In this document: positions 42,034 to 51,121 of the stretch, in pieces | Position numbering within the stretch: the stretch's first letter is position 1 | Layout: every line of letters begins with the position of its first letter | Source of the DNA: an uncultured Akkermansia sp. | Lineage (GTDB): Bacteria > Verrucomicrobiota > Verrucomicrobiia > Verrucomicrobiales > V1-33 | Length of the DNA stretch: 64,000 nucleotides | Assembly: GCA_964523105.1 (NCBI GenBank) | Contig: CAZFZN010000031.1 | Span: 17,683 to 81,682, forward strand | Direction: 5' to 3' | Made by a program: the position numbers and the translations under genes | The notes under the pieces: model-generated | Database searches by the model: none | What the model was told of the DNA's origin: nothing | The model's input: the letters and a program-made list of their open reading frames with translations, nothing else

Positions 42034-45000
42034 ATGAAAACGATCCTTCGTCTTCTCACCCTCACCGCGCTCATGGCCGGTCCCCTTGCCGCACAGAGCA
42101 ACCCGCCCGCCAGTGCGGCACCGCCCTCCGCCTCCGACCTCAACACACTACTCCGCGACGCCCTCTTTGAAGAAGAGGCCAACCGCGACCTCACCAAAGC
42201 CGCCGCCGGCTACGAGGCCCTCCTCGCCAAATGGAACGAGCAGCGCCAGGTCGCCGCCGCGGCGCTGTTCCGCCTCGCCGAAGTCCGCCGCAAACAGGAC
42301 CGCAAGGACGACGCCATCAAACTCTACCAGCGCCTCGTCACGGAATTCCCCGATATCGACCCGCAGGCCCGCCTCGCCCGGGAAAACCTCACGGCCCTCG
42401 GTGTGAAGGAACCGGCGGCCGGGACAGCACCCCTGCCCTCCGACCCGGAGGAGGAAAAAGAACTCCGCCGCCTCATGATGCTGGTGGAAAACAGTCCTGA
42501 CAAGGTCCTTGAGCCGGTGCCCTGGCCGGAATCCGGAGTGAAGGACGGAAAGATCGGCGCGCTCTCCAATGCCGCCATGCGCGGCTGGACCAAAGTCGCC
42601 GCCTTTCTGGTGGAGCATGGCGCCGACCCCAACATCACCCGTAACATGGGCGGCCCTCCTCTCTACGCCGCCGCCGCCAACGGTCACAAAGCCATCTGCG
42701 AACTCCTCCTCGCCAAGGGCGCGAGGATAAACACCGCCAGCGCCGCCCTCGGCAATGCCATCGCCGACAATTACACCGCCGTCGCGGAACTGCTCATCGC
42801 CAGAGGTGCAGACATCAATGCGGACACCACCGTCAACCTTGATGAGACCAACAAAAAAGTCTGGCTCGAACTTACGCCACTGGCCATCGCCATATCTAGA
42901 GATAACAAGTTCTGGATTGACAGGCTGCTAGCCCTCAAAGCCGATGTCAATGCCGCTCCTAACGGCCAGCACATGACTGCGCTCCATGTCGCCGCGTGGA
43001 AAGGCAACCGTGTCGTCCTCCAGAAACTGCTGGACCTCGGAGCCAATCCGGACGCACCCGATGATCTCCTTGAATCCAGGGCGGAGCTCCGCAGTCCATC
43101 TACAGACGCCGCAGGCTGGCGTGCCCTGCACTACGCCGCCACCGATACCGGCATGGTCGAAGCTTTGCTCAAAGCGGGTGCCAATCCCTCCCTCGCCGAC
43201 AGCAACGGCCTTACTCCGCTCCACATCGCCTGCCTGCGCGAGAAGCTGGACTGCGTGAAACTGCTCCTCGCCGCCAAATCCGATGTGAATGCCCGGGGCA
43301 CCGTGCGCCGCACGCCCAACAACATCCCTGATTTCACTGACAACACGCCCCTCCACATCGCGGCCACCACGGCCAATACCGCCATCATCGAGGCCCTCCT
43401 CGCCGCAGGTGCCAATCCTAATCCCCCCGTTGCCGAGGGTCAGAAAACGAAGACGCCGCTCGCTCTCGCGATGAACGCCGTTGTTTTGGACAATACCAAA
43501 GGCTCCTCCGCCATCGCCGCGCTGCTCAAGGCCAAGGCCGATCCCAATGGCACGCCCAACTACAGTCCCGTGAGACTCGCCACCGGAATCCAGGACAAGG
43601 TGTTGCGCGAAACCGTCCTGACCATGCTGCTCGATGCCGGCGCCGACATCGAACTCGCGATCCGCGAGGCTCCCGCCGACGTCCGCGTCCCGCTCCTGCG
43701 CAACCACCGCTACCCGCAGCTCGCAGACCTGCCGCAGGTCACCCTGACTTATCCCGTTTTCGCCTTCGAGTCGATCCTGGAGAAAAACGAACCCGGCGAA
43801 CGGCCGCAGCCGCAAACCCTGGCTTCCCTGATGCTGACATGGCACGAGAACGGCGGATGGTTCCGCAACAACCCGCGGCTGGAGAATGCGAACTGGATCG
43901 TGCCGGACTGGTCCCTGCTCCGTCTGTGGCGCCGCGGGGCAGACGGTAAATTTGCAGTCACGGAAATCGCCGTGCAGCCCGGCGCGGAGTTTCCCGCCCT
44001 CCAATGGGGCGACGTCCTGGAGGTTGTCTCCAAAGACTGGGACACCCCGCCGCCCGCAGAGGCGCAGCACCGGCGTCTCACCATCCGCGCTCCGGCGACG
44101 CATGAAAACGGTCTCACGATGGCGGCCCACGCCGCTTTTTCCTCCGTCTGCACCGCGCGCATCACGTTCAAATGTGACGGCTTTACCAAAGACCTCACGC
44201 TCCGCGGCATCCTGCGGACCTACGATCCCCTCAGCGGCGAGGCGCCCCTGCTTCCCGTGAGCCAGCTCGTCCGCCTCCTCGCCGGCCCGCGGCCGGGCAC
44301 TGTCCACATCCAACACGGCAATGCTACGGTGGTTTTCCACAACCGGGACAAGAACATCAGCTATATGGATGACGGCGGGGTCATCACCTTCACGCCCGAC
44401 AAGCCCGATGCCAGCAACCTCCGCGTTTCCCTCCGCGTCACCGGACAGCCCGGCGTCTGGCAAACCTACGGTCCCTCCCAAAGCGTCTCGCTGCTCCAGT
44501 TCCTCAGCGAATTTTACCGCGCCCTCTCGCCGCAGCTCCTCGTCCCCGGCACCGGCCCCGACGCCGACGCGACCACCATGGCGGAACAAATCAAAGCTCT
44601 CAACGCCGACGGAATCGTCGCCAATCTCATTGCCAGCGCGGAGAATCCCTCCGGCTGGCCCTACCTTCCCTGGCCGGACTGGAGGGGCGTGAAGGTGCGG
44701 CGGGTGAAAGCGGATGAACCCAAAGTCACCGAAACCGCTGAGGGAAAAACGGTGCACCACTCCCTGGGCACCCCTACATGGGGCGAACCCGAATCCTTCG
44801 ACCTCCTCGCCGCCATGAAGTCCCTCACTCAGGACAGTACTCCAGACGACGCCCGCAAGTTCGACACTATCCTCAACCCTGGCGACGAAGTCGAACTCCC
44901 CCTGCTCAAGGATCACCCCGCCGGTCCCTGGCCGGGCCTGGATGAAGCCGCGTGCCGCCTCTTCATCAAAGCCCTCACGGCCAAAGTCACCGTCACCGAC

Positions 45001-45414
45001 CCGGATGGCCGCTTCCACCAGGCCACACTCCAGTGGCTGCCCCCGCGCTGGGTGCCCACCGCCGCCGGCGTCCTGCCGATTCCGGACGGCGCGGCCACCG
45101 GCGGGCGCGTCCACTGGATCCGCGCGCTCCAGTTTGTGAAATCCGCCGCCCCCGGCATGGAGCCGAACAGCGTCCAGCGCGGGGAGGAATTCGTCGTGGA
45201 CCCCAAACAAACGGACCCCGCCGATGTTTTCCTCCGCCCCGGCGACCGCATCATGCTCCGCCCCGCCGCGCGGCCCAGTCTCAACCAGATCCCAACTCCC
45301 GCCCCCCAGGGGCACGCGACCGAAGGTTCCCATTCGCCCAACCCGCCCCCGGCCACCAACTCGCCCCCTCAGTCCCGGAAACGAGTCGTCCTGCCGCCCA
45401 GTTCCCCGCAGTGA
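42034..45414 (+). CDS. Large secreted TPR + ankyrin-repeat protein with a ~700-aa uncharacterised C-terminal region
   Basis: ATG 42034 gives MKTILRLLTLTALMAGPLAAQ. TPR-like helices are followed by at least 8 ankyrin repeats (TPLHIAA, GA.PN, LL..GAD.N). The remainder has no recognised domain. Confidence 0.8.
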   Translation: MKTILRLLTLTALMAGPLAAQSNPPASAAPPSASDLNTLLRDALFEEEANRDLTKAAAGYEALLAKWNEQRQVAAAALFRLAEVRRKQDRKDDAIKLYQRLVTEFPDIDPQARLARENLTALGVKEPAAGTAPLPSDPEEEKELRRLMMLVENSPDKVLEPVPWPESGVKDGKIGALSNAAMRGWTKVAAFLVEHGADPNITRNMGGPPLYAAAANGHKAICELLLAKGARINTASAALGNAIADNYTAVAELLIARGADINADTTVNLDETNKKVWLELTPLAIAISRDNKFWIDRLLALKADVNAAPNGQHMTALHVAAWKGNRVVLQKLLDLGANPDAPDDLLESRAELRSPSTDAAGWRALHYAATDTGMVEALLKAGANPSLADSNGLTPLHIACLREKLDCVKLLLAAKSDVNARGTVRRTPNNIPDFTDNTPLHIAATTANTAIIEALLAAGANPNPPVAEGQKTKTPLALAMNAVVLDNTKGSSAIAALLKAKADPNGTPNYSPVRLATGIQDKVLRETVLTMLLDAGADIELAIREAPADVRVPLLRNHRYPQLADLPQVTLTYPVFAFESILEKNEPGERPQPQTLASLMLTWHENGGWFRNNPRLENANWIVPDWSLLRLWRRGADGKFAVTEIAVQPGAEFPALQWGDVLEVVSKDWDTPPPAEAQHRRLTIRAPATHENGLTMAAHAAFSSVCTARITFKCDGFTKDLTLRGILRTYDPLSGEAPLLPVSQLVRLLAGPRPGTVHIQHGNATVVFHNRDKNISYMDDGGVITFTPDKPDASNLRVSLRVTGQPGVWQTYGPSQSVSLLQFLSEFYRALSPQLLVPGTGPDADATTMAEQIKALNADGIVANLIASAENPSGWPYLPWPDWRGVKVRRVKADEPKVTETAEGKTVHHSLGTPTWGEPESFDLLAAMKSLTQDSTPDDARKFDTILNPGDEVELPLLKDHPAGPWPGLDEAACRLFIKALTAKVTVTDPDGRFHQATLQWLPPRWVPTAAGVLPIPDGAATGGRVHWIRALQFVKSAAPGMEPNSVQRGEEFVVDPKQTDPADVFLRPGDRIMLRPAARPSLNQIPTPAPQGHATEGSHSPNPPPATNSPPQSRKRVVLPPSSPQ

Positions 45415-45448
45415 CCCCGTGCGGTTCATGTGAGCCTGGTCCCATTCG

Positions 45449-47374
45449 ATGAAACCCGTCCGCTTTTGGCCCCTGGCCACCGTCATTATCCTGCCCGTGC
45501 TCGTGCTGGCGGCGGCTTCGGTTTATGGGCTCATCCAACGCGGGAAGGCCACGCGGGTCGAAGCCGCCGCGCAGTGCCGGATCGAGTATGTGGATTCCCT
45601 CTGGGGCAATGTTTGGGGTGAGGCTGTGGAGGCGTCGCCGCGGGTGGTGCTTTACGATGACCCGCCGCGGCCCCGCGAGAAGGTGCCGTTCCCAGGCGGG
45701 CTCTTGGACCTGGATGACGGCCCCTTTCCCACGCCGGAACAGCAGCGGGAAGGCGAGTCGCGGCTGGACAAGGCCGTGACGGAAAAAGACCTCGCCGCCC
45801 TGCGCAGCCTCATGGAGGAAAAGGATCACGCTCCATGGTTCACCGCGTCCGGCATTCCCATCCCGGCGCTCGCCGCATGGCACTGGATCCAGACCAGGCT
45901 GGACGCGCCGGCCTCCATTCCCCCCGCGGATGTCGCGCTGGCAGTGCGCGTGCTGACGGTGGAGGCACCCTCGGTGCTCACCACGACGCTGCTGGATAAG
46001 TTGTCAGCGCATTTTCCCGACGCGGTCGCCGAGGGACGCCGCGTCTGGCAACTCATGGAAGTGCGGCGCGCCGCCTTTCGCCGCACCTCGCCGCTGCGAT
46101 ACCGGCGGGGCAACGGCGCCTACGGCCCTCCCCAGGTCGTGCCCCTGCCTCACAATTCCCTGGAAGTGACCGGCCTGCCGGTGGACGAAGTGAAAAACCG
46201 CTGGCCGGGCCTGATCTGGACGGGCCGGCAGCGGCCGCTAACGTTTGCCCTCGTGATGCCCGGCCATCGTGGCGAGGAACGCGTGCTGCTGGAGGCGGAA
46301 CTGCACGCCGCTGCGCGCACCCTGGCCGAAAAGTCCGTGCCCCTGCTGCCGCCCTGGGCGACCGCCGGTGTGACGCTGAAGCCGGAGAGTTTCATCCGCT
46401 CCGGCATTCGCCTGCCGGAAATCCCGCTGGGCACGGAAGTCGGCCAGCCCCTGACAACGCGCGAGAGCAGCCTCTGGACGGTAACCGCCGGCGCGAAGGA
46501 GAGAGGCGCGATTTTTAAAGACTACGAGCGCCTCGTGCTGTGGGCCGCTGCCTTCATCCTCACCAGTCTGCTCACCGCCCTGCTCGGCCTGCGTTACATC
46601 CGCCGAACGCTGCACAAGGAGCGCCGCCTGGGAGAGATGAAGAGCCAGTTTGTCAGCAGCGTGAGTCATGAACTGCGCGCCCCCATTGGCTCCCTGCGCC
46701 TCATGGCCGAGGGACTGGCCAGCGGCAAAGTGTCAGGCAAAGCCGCGGACGAATTCCACCGCCTCATGGCCGGCGAAGGCGCGCGCCTTTCCTCACTCAT
46801 CGAAAACGTGCTCGACTTCGCCCGCATCGAACAGGGCCGGAAGCAGTATCACCTGGCCGAAACCGACGTGGCCGCGCTGGTGCAGGACGCCGTGAAGCTC
46901 ATGCAGCCGCAGGCTGAGGCGCGCGGATTGAAGATCACCTGCGAGTGCGCGCCACTGCCTTTCATTCCGAAAGTGGACGCCGGCGCCGTGCAGCAGGCGC
47001 TGATCAATCTGCTCGATAACGCCATAAAATTCTCGCCGGCCAACGTAGCTCGACATTCCAATGTCGAGTCGGGCGCGGACTCGACATTGGAATGTCGAGC
47101 TACAATCCACGTCCGCCTCGCTCCTGACGCCCCGGGGTGGTCCCTCTCAGTAACCGATCAGGGCGGGGGCATCCCGGAAGAGGAACACGCCCGCATCTTC
47201 GAGCGCTTCTACCGCCTGGGAAATGAACTGCGCCGCGAAACCACCGGCACCGGCATCGGTTTGGCCATTGTGAAGCACATCGTCGAAGGCCACGGCGGTC
47301 GCGTGAGGGTGCAGTCTGAAATGGGGAAAGGCAGTGAGTTCAGAATGGAGTTCACACAAAAGGCTGAAGGCTAA
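45449..47374 (+). CDS. Sensor histidine kinase (two TM helices, ~340-aa periplasmic domain, HisKA + HATPase_c)
   Basis: H-box SHELRAPI, N-box LLDNAIKFSP, G-boxes DQGGGI and GTGIGLAIV. Confidence 0.9.
   Translation: MKPVRFWPLATVIILPVLVLAAASVYGLIQRGKATRVEAAAQCRIEYVDSLWGNVWGEAVEASPRVVLYDDPPRPREKVPFPGGLLDLDDGPFPTPEQQREGESRLDKAVTEKDLAALRSLMEEKDHAPWFTASGIPIPALAAWHWIQTRLDAPASIPPADVALAVRVLTVEAPSVLTTTLLDKLSAHFPDAVAEGRRVWQLMEVRRAAFRRTSPLRYRRGNGAYGPPQVVPLPHNSLEVTGLPVDEVKNRWPGLIWTGRQRPLTFALVMPGHRGEERVLLEAELHAAARTLAEKSVPLLPPWATAGVTLKPESFIRSGIRLPEIPLGTEVGQPLTTRESSLWTVTAGAKERGAIFKDYERLVLWAAAFILTSLLTALLGLRYIRRTLHKERRLGEMKSQFVSSVSHELRAPIGSLRLMAEGLASGKVSGKAADEFHRLMAGEGARLSSLIENVLDFARIEQGRKQYHLAETDVAALVQDAVKLMQPQAEARGLKITCECAPLPFIPKVDAGAVQQALINLLDNAIKFSPANVARHSNVESGADSTLECRATIHVRLAPDAPGWSLSVTDQGGGIPEEEHARIFERFYRLGNELRRETTGTGIGLAIVKHIVEGHGGRVRVQSEMGKGSEFRMEFTQKAEG
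47045..47103. repeat. Perfect 59-nt doublet of GTAGC-headed hairpins embedded in frame in the kinase CDS
   Basis: 47045 GTAGCTCGACATTCCAATGTCGAGTC, then gggcgcg, then GACTCGACATTGGAATGTCGAGCTAC 47103. The 26-nt arms are exact reverse complements. Confidence 0.9.
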
Positions 47375-47445
47375 AGGCTGAGGTATGAAACCTCCGATGC
47401 GCGCTCCTTTCAGCCTTCAGCCTTCATACTTCATACTTCATACTT
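47360..47445. repeat. Inverted heptamer arrays (AAGGCTG)x3 / (CAGCCTT)x2-3 followed by (TTCATAC)x3
   Basis: 47360 aaggctgaaggctaaaggctgagg, then a 22-nt loop, then 47406 cctttcagccttcagcctt, then ttcatac x3 ending 6 nt before the response-regulator ATG. Confidence 0.7.
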
Positions 47446-47449
47446 TCCC

Positions 47450-48136
47450 ATGCGCCTCCTCATCATCGAAGACGAACTGCCCATGCGCACCGCGCTCTGC
47501 GAGACTCTCACCGCCGAGGGTTACAAAGTGCGCAGCGCCGCCGACGGCGAGGCCGGCCTCCAGCGCGCCCTCACTGAAGAGCACGATCTCATTCTCCTCG
47601 ACGTGATGATGCCGAAGCTGGACGGCTACGCCCTTTGCCAGGAACTCCGCCGCCGCGGCCGGAAGACGCCCGTGCTCATGCTCACCGCCAAAGGCCAGGT
47701 GGACGACCGCGTGAGCGGCCTCGACGCCGGCGCCGACGATTACCTGGTGAAGCCCTTCTCCATGCGCGAACTCCTCGCCCGCGTGCGCGCCCTGCTCCGC
47801 CGCGCCGAACGCGCAGACGCCGCCCCTCCGTTGCTGACGCTGGGCGACACCGTGGTGGATTTCGTGAAACAGACCGCCCGGCGCGGCAGTCAGGCGATCG
47901 AGCTTTCCCAAAAGGAATTCGCCATGCTCCGCCTCATGGCCAGCCGGCCCGGCGAGGTCATCAGCCGAGAGACCTTCCTGGATGAAGTCTGGGAATACAA
48001 CGCCTGGCCGACGACGCGCACCGTGGACAATTTCATTGCCGCCCTGCGCGCGAGAATCGAGCCCGACCCCGAGCGCCCGCGCTACATCGAGACCGTGCGC
48101 GGCACCGGTTACCGGCTCGCGCCGGGGAAGCCATGA
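47450..48136 (+). CDS. OmpR-family response regulator
   Basis: Receiver domain (LLDVMMPKLDG, LTAK) plus a winged-helix output domain (VRGTGYRL). Confidence 0.93.
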   Translation: MRLLIIEDELPMRTALCETLTAEGYKVRSAADGEAGLQRALTEEHDLILLDVMMPKLDGYALCQELRRRGRKTPVLMLTAKGQVDDRVSGLDAGADDYLVKPFSMRELLARVRALLRRAERADAAPPLLTLGDTVVDFVKQTARRGSQAIELSQKEFAMLRLMASRPGEVISRETFLDEVWEYNAWPTTRTVDNFIAALRARIEPDPERPRYIETVRGTGYRLAPGKP

Positions 48137-48148
48137 AGCTGTCAGGGT

Positions 48149-49375
48149 TCAATGCGCGGGCAGTTCCAGCATCGGGGCCTTGCCCGTGGCGGGGCGCGTG
48201 AACTTTTCCCCGTACTTGGTGAAGCCCTCCACGAATCCGCCGTGGCTGAGGAAGAACTCGCCGTTCTCCATGCCCATGAAACGGTCGAGGCGCGCGGCCT
48301 TGCCGGTGCCGTCGTGGCTGAATCCGGCCTCGGTGAGTTCGATCCATTTGCCCTCACTCGTCTGAATCCACTGATTGCCGTAGCGAGCCTTGCGCAGGAG
48401 GTGGCCGTTGGAGCCTCCGAAGTTTTCGCTGAAGGAATACAGCCCGCGGAGATGCTTGCCGTCCTTCGGCGCCCGGAAGCTGGCAATGAGCATCCACACT
48501 TTCTTCTCCGGATGCCACCAGTAGCCGCTGTAGTCGGTGAAGGTGCCATCCACTTTGGCGGTGACGACGAACCGCTGCAGTTCGCCGGTCTTCCACATAT
48601 ATTTGAGATGACTGTGCCCGCCGGTGCCTTCGTTGCCGAAGACGCTGGCGTGAACACCTTCGCCCTTCGCGAGCAGCTTGGTGTGATTCTCCTCCTTCAC
48701 CGTGCTGCGGTCTTTGGCGTCGCCGCCTTCTGCCGCATCCCAGACCGAGAAAATGATCCGGCGCTCGCTGGTGCTGTTCACCTGCATGCCAAAGTAGCCG
48801 CGGGAGAATCCCGTGGCCATGTAGTAAGTGTACACCGGCTCCTCCAGGCCGGTCATTTCGCAGTAAAACGCCTGAACCTCCGTTTTGTCAGGCACCGGAT
48901 AAAAGAGATGCACGCTGGCGGCATTGCGGCGCGGATCGGTGTTGAAGTGCGCGCCCTCCGTCGCGGGACCGTCGAGCACCAGGGCGAGGATTTCACCGGC
49001 CGGCGCCGGCGATTGGAGCGTGAACTTTTGATAGCCCGGCTGCGGGATGTCGAAAATGCCAAACTTCACCGTAACTTCACCGCTACCCGAGGCCTCGGCT
49101 TCGGCGGACTTGCCGGCCAGGGTGAGCTTGAACTTCACCGGCTGCGCCGTGCCCTCCGGCAGCGAGACGACGATGGCCGCGTCAAGTTTGCCGGACTTTT
49201 TCAACTCGCCGAACCACAGCACCGACTGTTTCGCGTCCTTCCATCCGGTGACCCCGCGCTCCTTGTGAACGCGCAGCGCATCGAAGTCAGGCGCCCCATA
49301 CGCGGTGCAGCCAGGGACGCGGAGTTCGGCTTGTGCGGTAAGAGTGAAACTGAGGAAGAACAGAGAGCGGAGCAT
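48149..49375 (-). CDS. Secreted DUF5077/DUF3472-like protein
   Basis: Signal peptide MLRSLFFLSFTLTAQA. The C-terminal half (YYMATGFSRGYFGMQVN..WDA) resembles my memory of DUF3472. Confidence 0.6.
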   Translation of the reverse strand: MLRSLFFLSFTLTAQAELRVPGCTAYGAPDFDALRVHKERGVTGWKDAKQSVLWFGELKKSGKLDAAIVVSLPEGTAQPVKFKLTLAGKSAEAEASGSGEVTVKFGIFDIPQPGYQKFTLQSPAPAGEILALVLDGPATEGAHFNTDPRRNAASVHLFYPVPDKTEVQAFYCEMTGLEEPVYTYYMATGFSRGYFGMQVNSTSERRIIFSVWDAAEGGDAKDRSTVKEENHTKLLAKGEGVHASVFGNEGTGGHSHLKYMWKTGELQRFVVTAKVDGTFTDYSGYWWHPEKKVWMLIASFRAPKDGKHLRGLYSFSENFGGSNGHLLRKARYGNQWIQTSEGKWIELTEAGFSHDGTGKAARLDRFMGMENGEFFLSHGGFVEGFTKYGEKFTRPATGKAPMLELPAH

Positions 49376-49439
49376 GCCTGTTCATTACGCCCGCAAGCCG
49401 CGGTGGAAAATGCCGCCACTGATGCTTTTTCGCGGACCC

Positions 49440-49514
49440 GGAGCGTGGAGTTGCACTCCGCCCAAAGAAACCCGCGAACCAATGCCGCCCCGGCGGAGTG
49501 CAACTCCGCGCTCC
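49440..49514. repeat. Inverted doublet of AGC-headed hairpin units
   Basis: 49440 GGAGC-GTGGAGT-tgc-ACTCCGC-c 49462, then a 29-nt spacer, then 49492 g-GCGGAGT-gca-ACTCCGC-GCTCC 49514. Confidence 0.75.
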
Positions 49515-49517
49515 ACA

Positions 49518-50966
49518 TCAAGCCAGCAAATCCCGCGCGATCTTCGCCTCCTCCGTCGGCCCGATCAGCCGATTGTTCAGCCCCTGAAACGGGAAGCTGA
49601 GGCTGTAGGGATTGAGTCCACACTGGTGCAGCAGCGTGGCCTGGAGGTCGCGGATGGTCACTTTGCCGTCCACCACGTGATAGCCGAATTCATCGGTCAG
49701 TCCGTGCAGCGCGCCGGCCTTGAAGCCGCCGCCGGCAAACCACATGCTGAAACTGTGCGGATGGTGATCGCGCCCGAGGAAGGTGCTGCCGCCGCGGGCT
49801 TCGTTCATCGGCGTGCGTCCGAACTCACCGCCCCAGACGACGATGACTTCATCGAGCATCCCGCGCTGCTTGAGATCCTTCACCAGCGCGGCGCTGGCCT
49901 GGTCCACCTCTTTGCACTTCTTTGGAAAGGCATTCATCAGGTCATCGCCCGCGCCGGTGCCGTGGATGTCCCAGCCCCAGTCGAACAACTGCACGCAGCG
50001 CACGCCGCGCTCCACCAGGCGCCGCGCCAGCAGGCAGTTGTTGGCGAAACTTCCTTCGCCCGGCTTCGCGCCGTAGAGGTCGAGAATGTGCTGCGGCTCC
50101 TTTTTGATATCGAACGTCTCCGGCACGCTGACCTGCATGCGATAGGCGAGTTCGTACTGCTCGATGCGTGTGAGCGTCTCGGGATCGCCAAACGCCGCGG
50201 CCTCGCGCTCATTGATCGTTTTCAGCGCATCCAGTGTGGCGCGCCGGCTTTCGCGACTCATGCCCGGCGGATTATTCGCATACAGAATCGGCTCGCCGGT
50301 GGTACGGCACTGCACACCTTGATAGACGCCCGGCAGAAACCCGCTGCTCCACACACTCTTGCCGCCCGTGGGGTCGGTGCCGCCGCTGAGCAGCACCACG
50401 AAGCCCGGCAAATCCTGATTGAGCGATCCCAGCCCGTAGGTGAGCCAGCTTCCAAGCGACGCGGAGCCGGCGCGCATGTTGCCGGTGAAGAGAAACAACT
50501 CCGCCGGCGCATGGTTGAACTGATCGGTCCACATGCCGTTCACCATGGTGATGTCGTCCGCGATGGACGCCATGTGAGGCACCTGCTCGCTGAACCACGC
50601 CCCCGCCGGGCCGTGCTGTTTGAAATTGTAGGGCGAGCCCAGCATCTTCGGTACGCCTTTGATGAACGCGAAGCGCTGGCCCTTCAAAAACGTGTCCGGA
50701 CACGGCTGCATGTGCAGGCGTTTCAGCTCCGGCTTCCAGTCATAGAGATCCAGCACCGGCGGCGCTCCGCTCATGTGCAGATAGATAATGGCGCGGGCCT
50801 TCGGCTTTGCCGGGGCCGGACGCGGCGTCATCGGATTCTCCGCCGCGGTGGCTCCTCCCATGAGCGAATGCAGCGCCATCCCGCCGAGGCTCAGGCCGGT
50901 ATTGGCCAGAAACTGCCGGCGTGTCGCCGCACGGGCAAGATGGAGGCGGGGAGAATCGGGAATCAT
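49518..50966 (-). CDS. DUF1501 (sulfatase-fold) protein with Tat-type signal
   Basis: ATG 50966 gives MIPDSPRLHLARAATRRQFLANTGLSLGG. GRDHHPHSFSMWFAGGG is typical of DUF1501. Confidence 0.85.
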   Translation of the reverse strand: MIPDSPRLHLARAATRRQFLANTGLSLGGMALHSLMGGATAAENPMTPRPAPAKPKARAIIYLHMSGAPPVLDLYDWKPELKRLHMQPCPDTFLKGQRFAFIKGVPKMLGSPYNFKQHGPAGAWFSEQVPHMASIADDITMVNGMWTDQFNHAPAELFLFTGNMRAGSASLGSWLTYGLGSLNQDLPGFVVLLSGGTDPTGGKSVWSSGFLPGVYQGVQCRTTGEPILYANNPPGMSRESRRATLDALKTINEREAAAFGDPETLTRIEQYELAYRMQVSVPETFDIKKEPQHILDLYGAKPGEGSFANNCLLARRLVERGVRCVQLFDWGWDIHGTGAGDDLMNAFPKKCKEVDQASAALVKDLKQRGMLDEVIVVWGGEFGRTPMNEARGGSTFLGRDHHPHSFSMWFAGGGFKAGALHGLTDEFGYHVVDGKVTIRDLQATLLHQCGLNPYSLSFPFQGLNNRLIGPTEEAKIARDLLA

Positions 50967-51121
50967 GGAACGGGAATACGCGGGCAAGGTGCCGGTCTTT
51001 TGCCGGAATGCACGGGAATCCGGCCCGGAACGGAACATGTGAGCGCGTGGACGAAACACCTTGCCAACGCCCCGACCGCGCAGAGAATCCGCCCGCATTG
51101 TTCGAGTCCCCAAGTCCCTTT

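Noticed and set aside
45281-45883. 200-aa minus-strand ORF spanning the ankyrin-kinase junction
   Set aside because: It crosses two well-supported plus-strand genes and has shadow-ORF composition.
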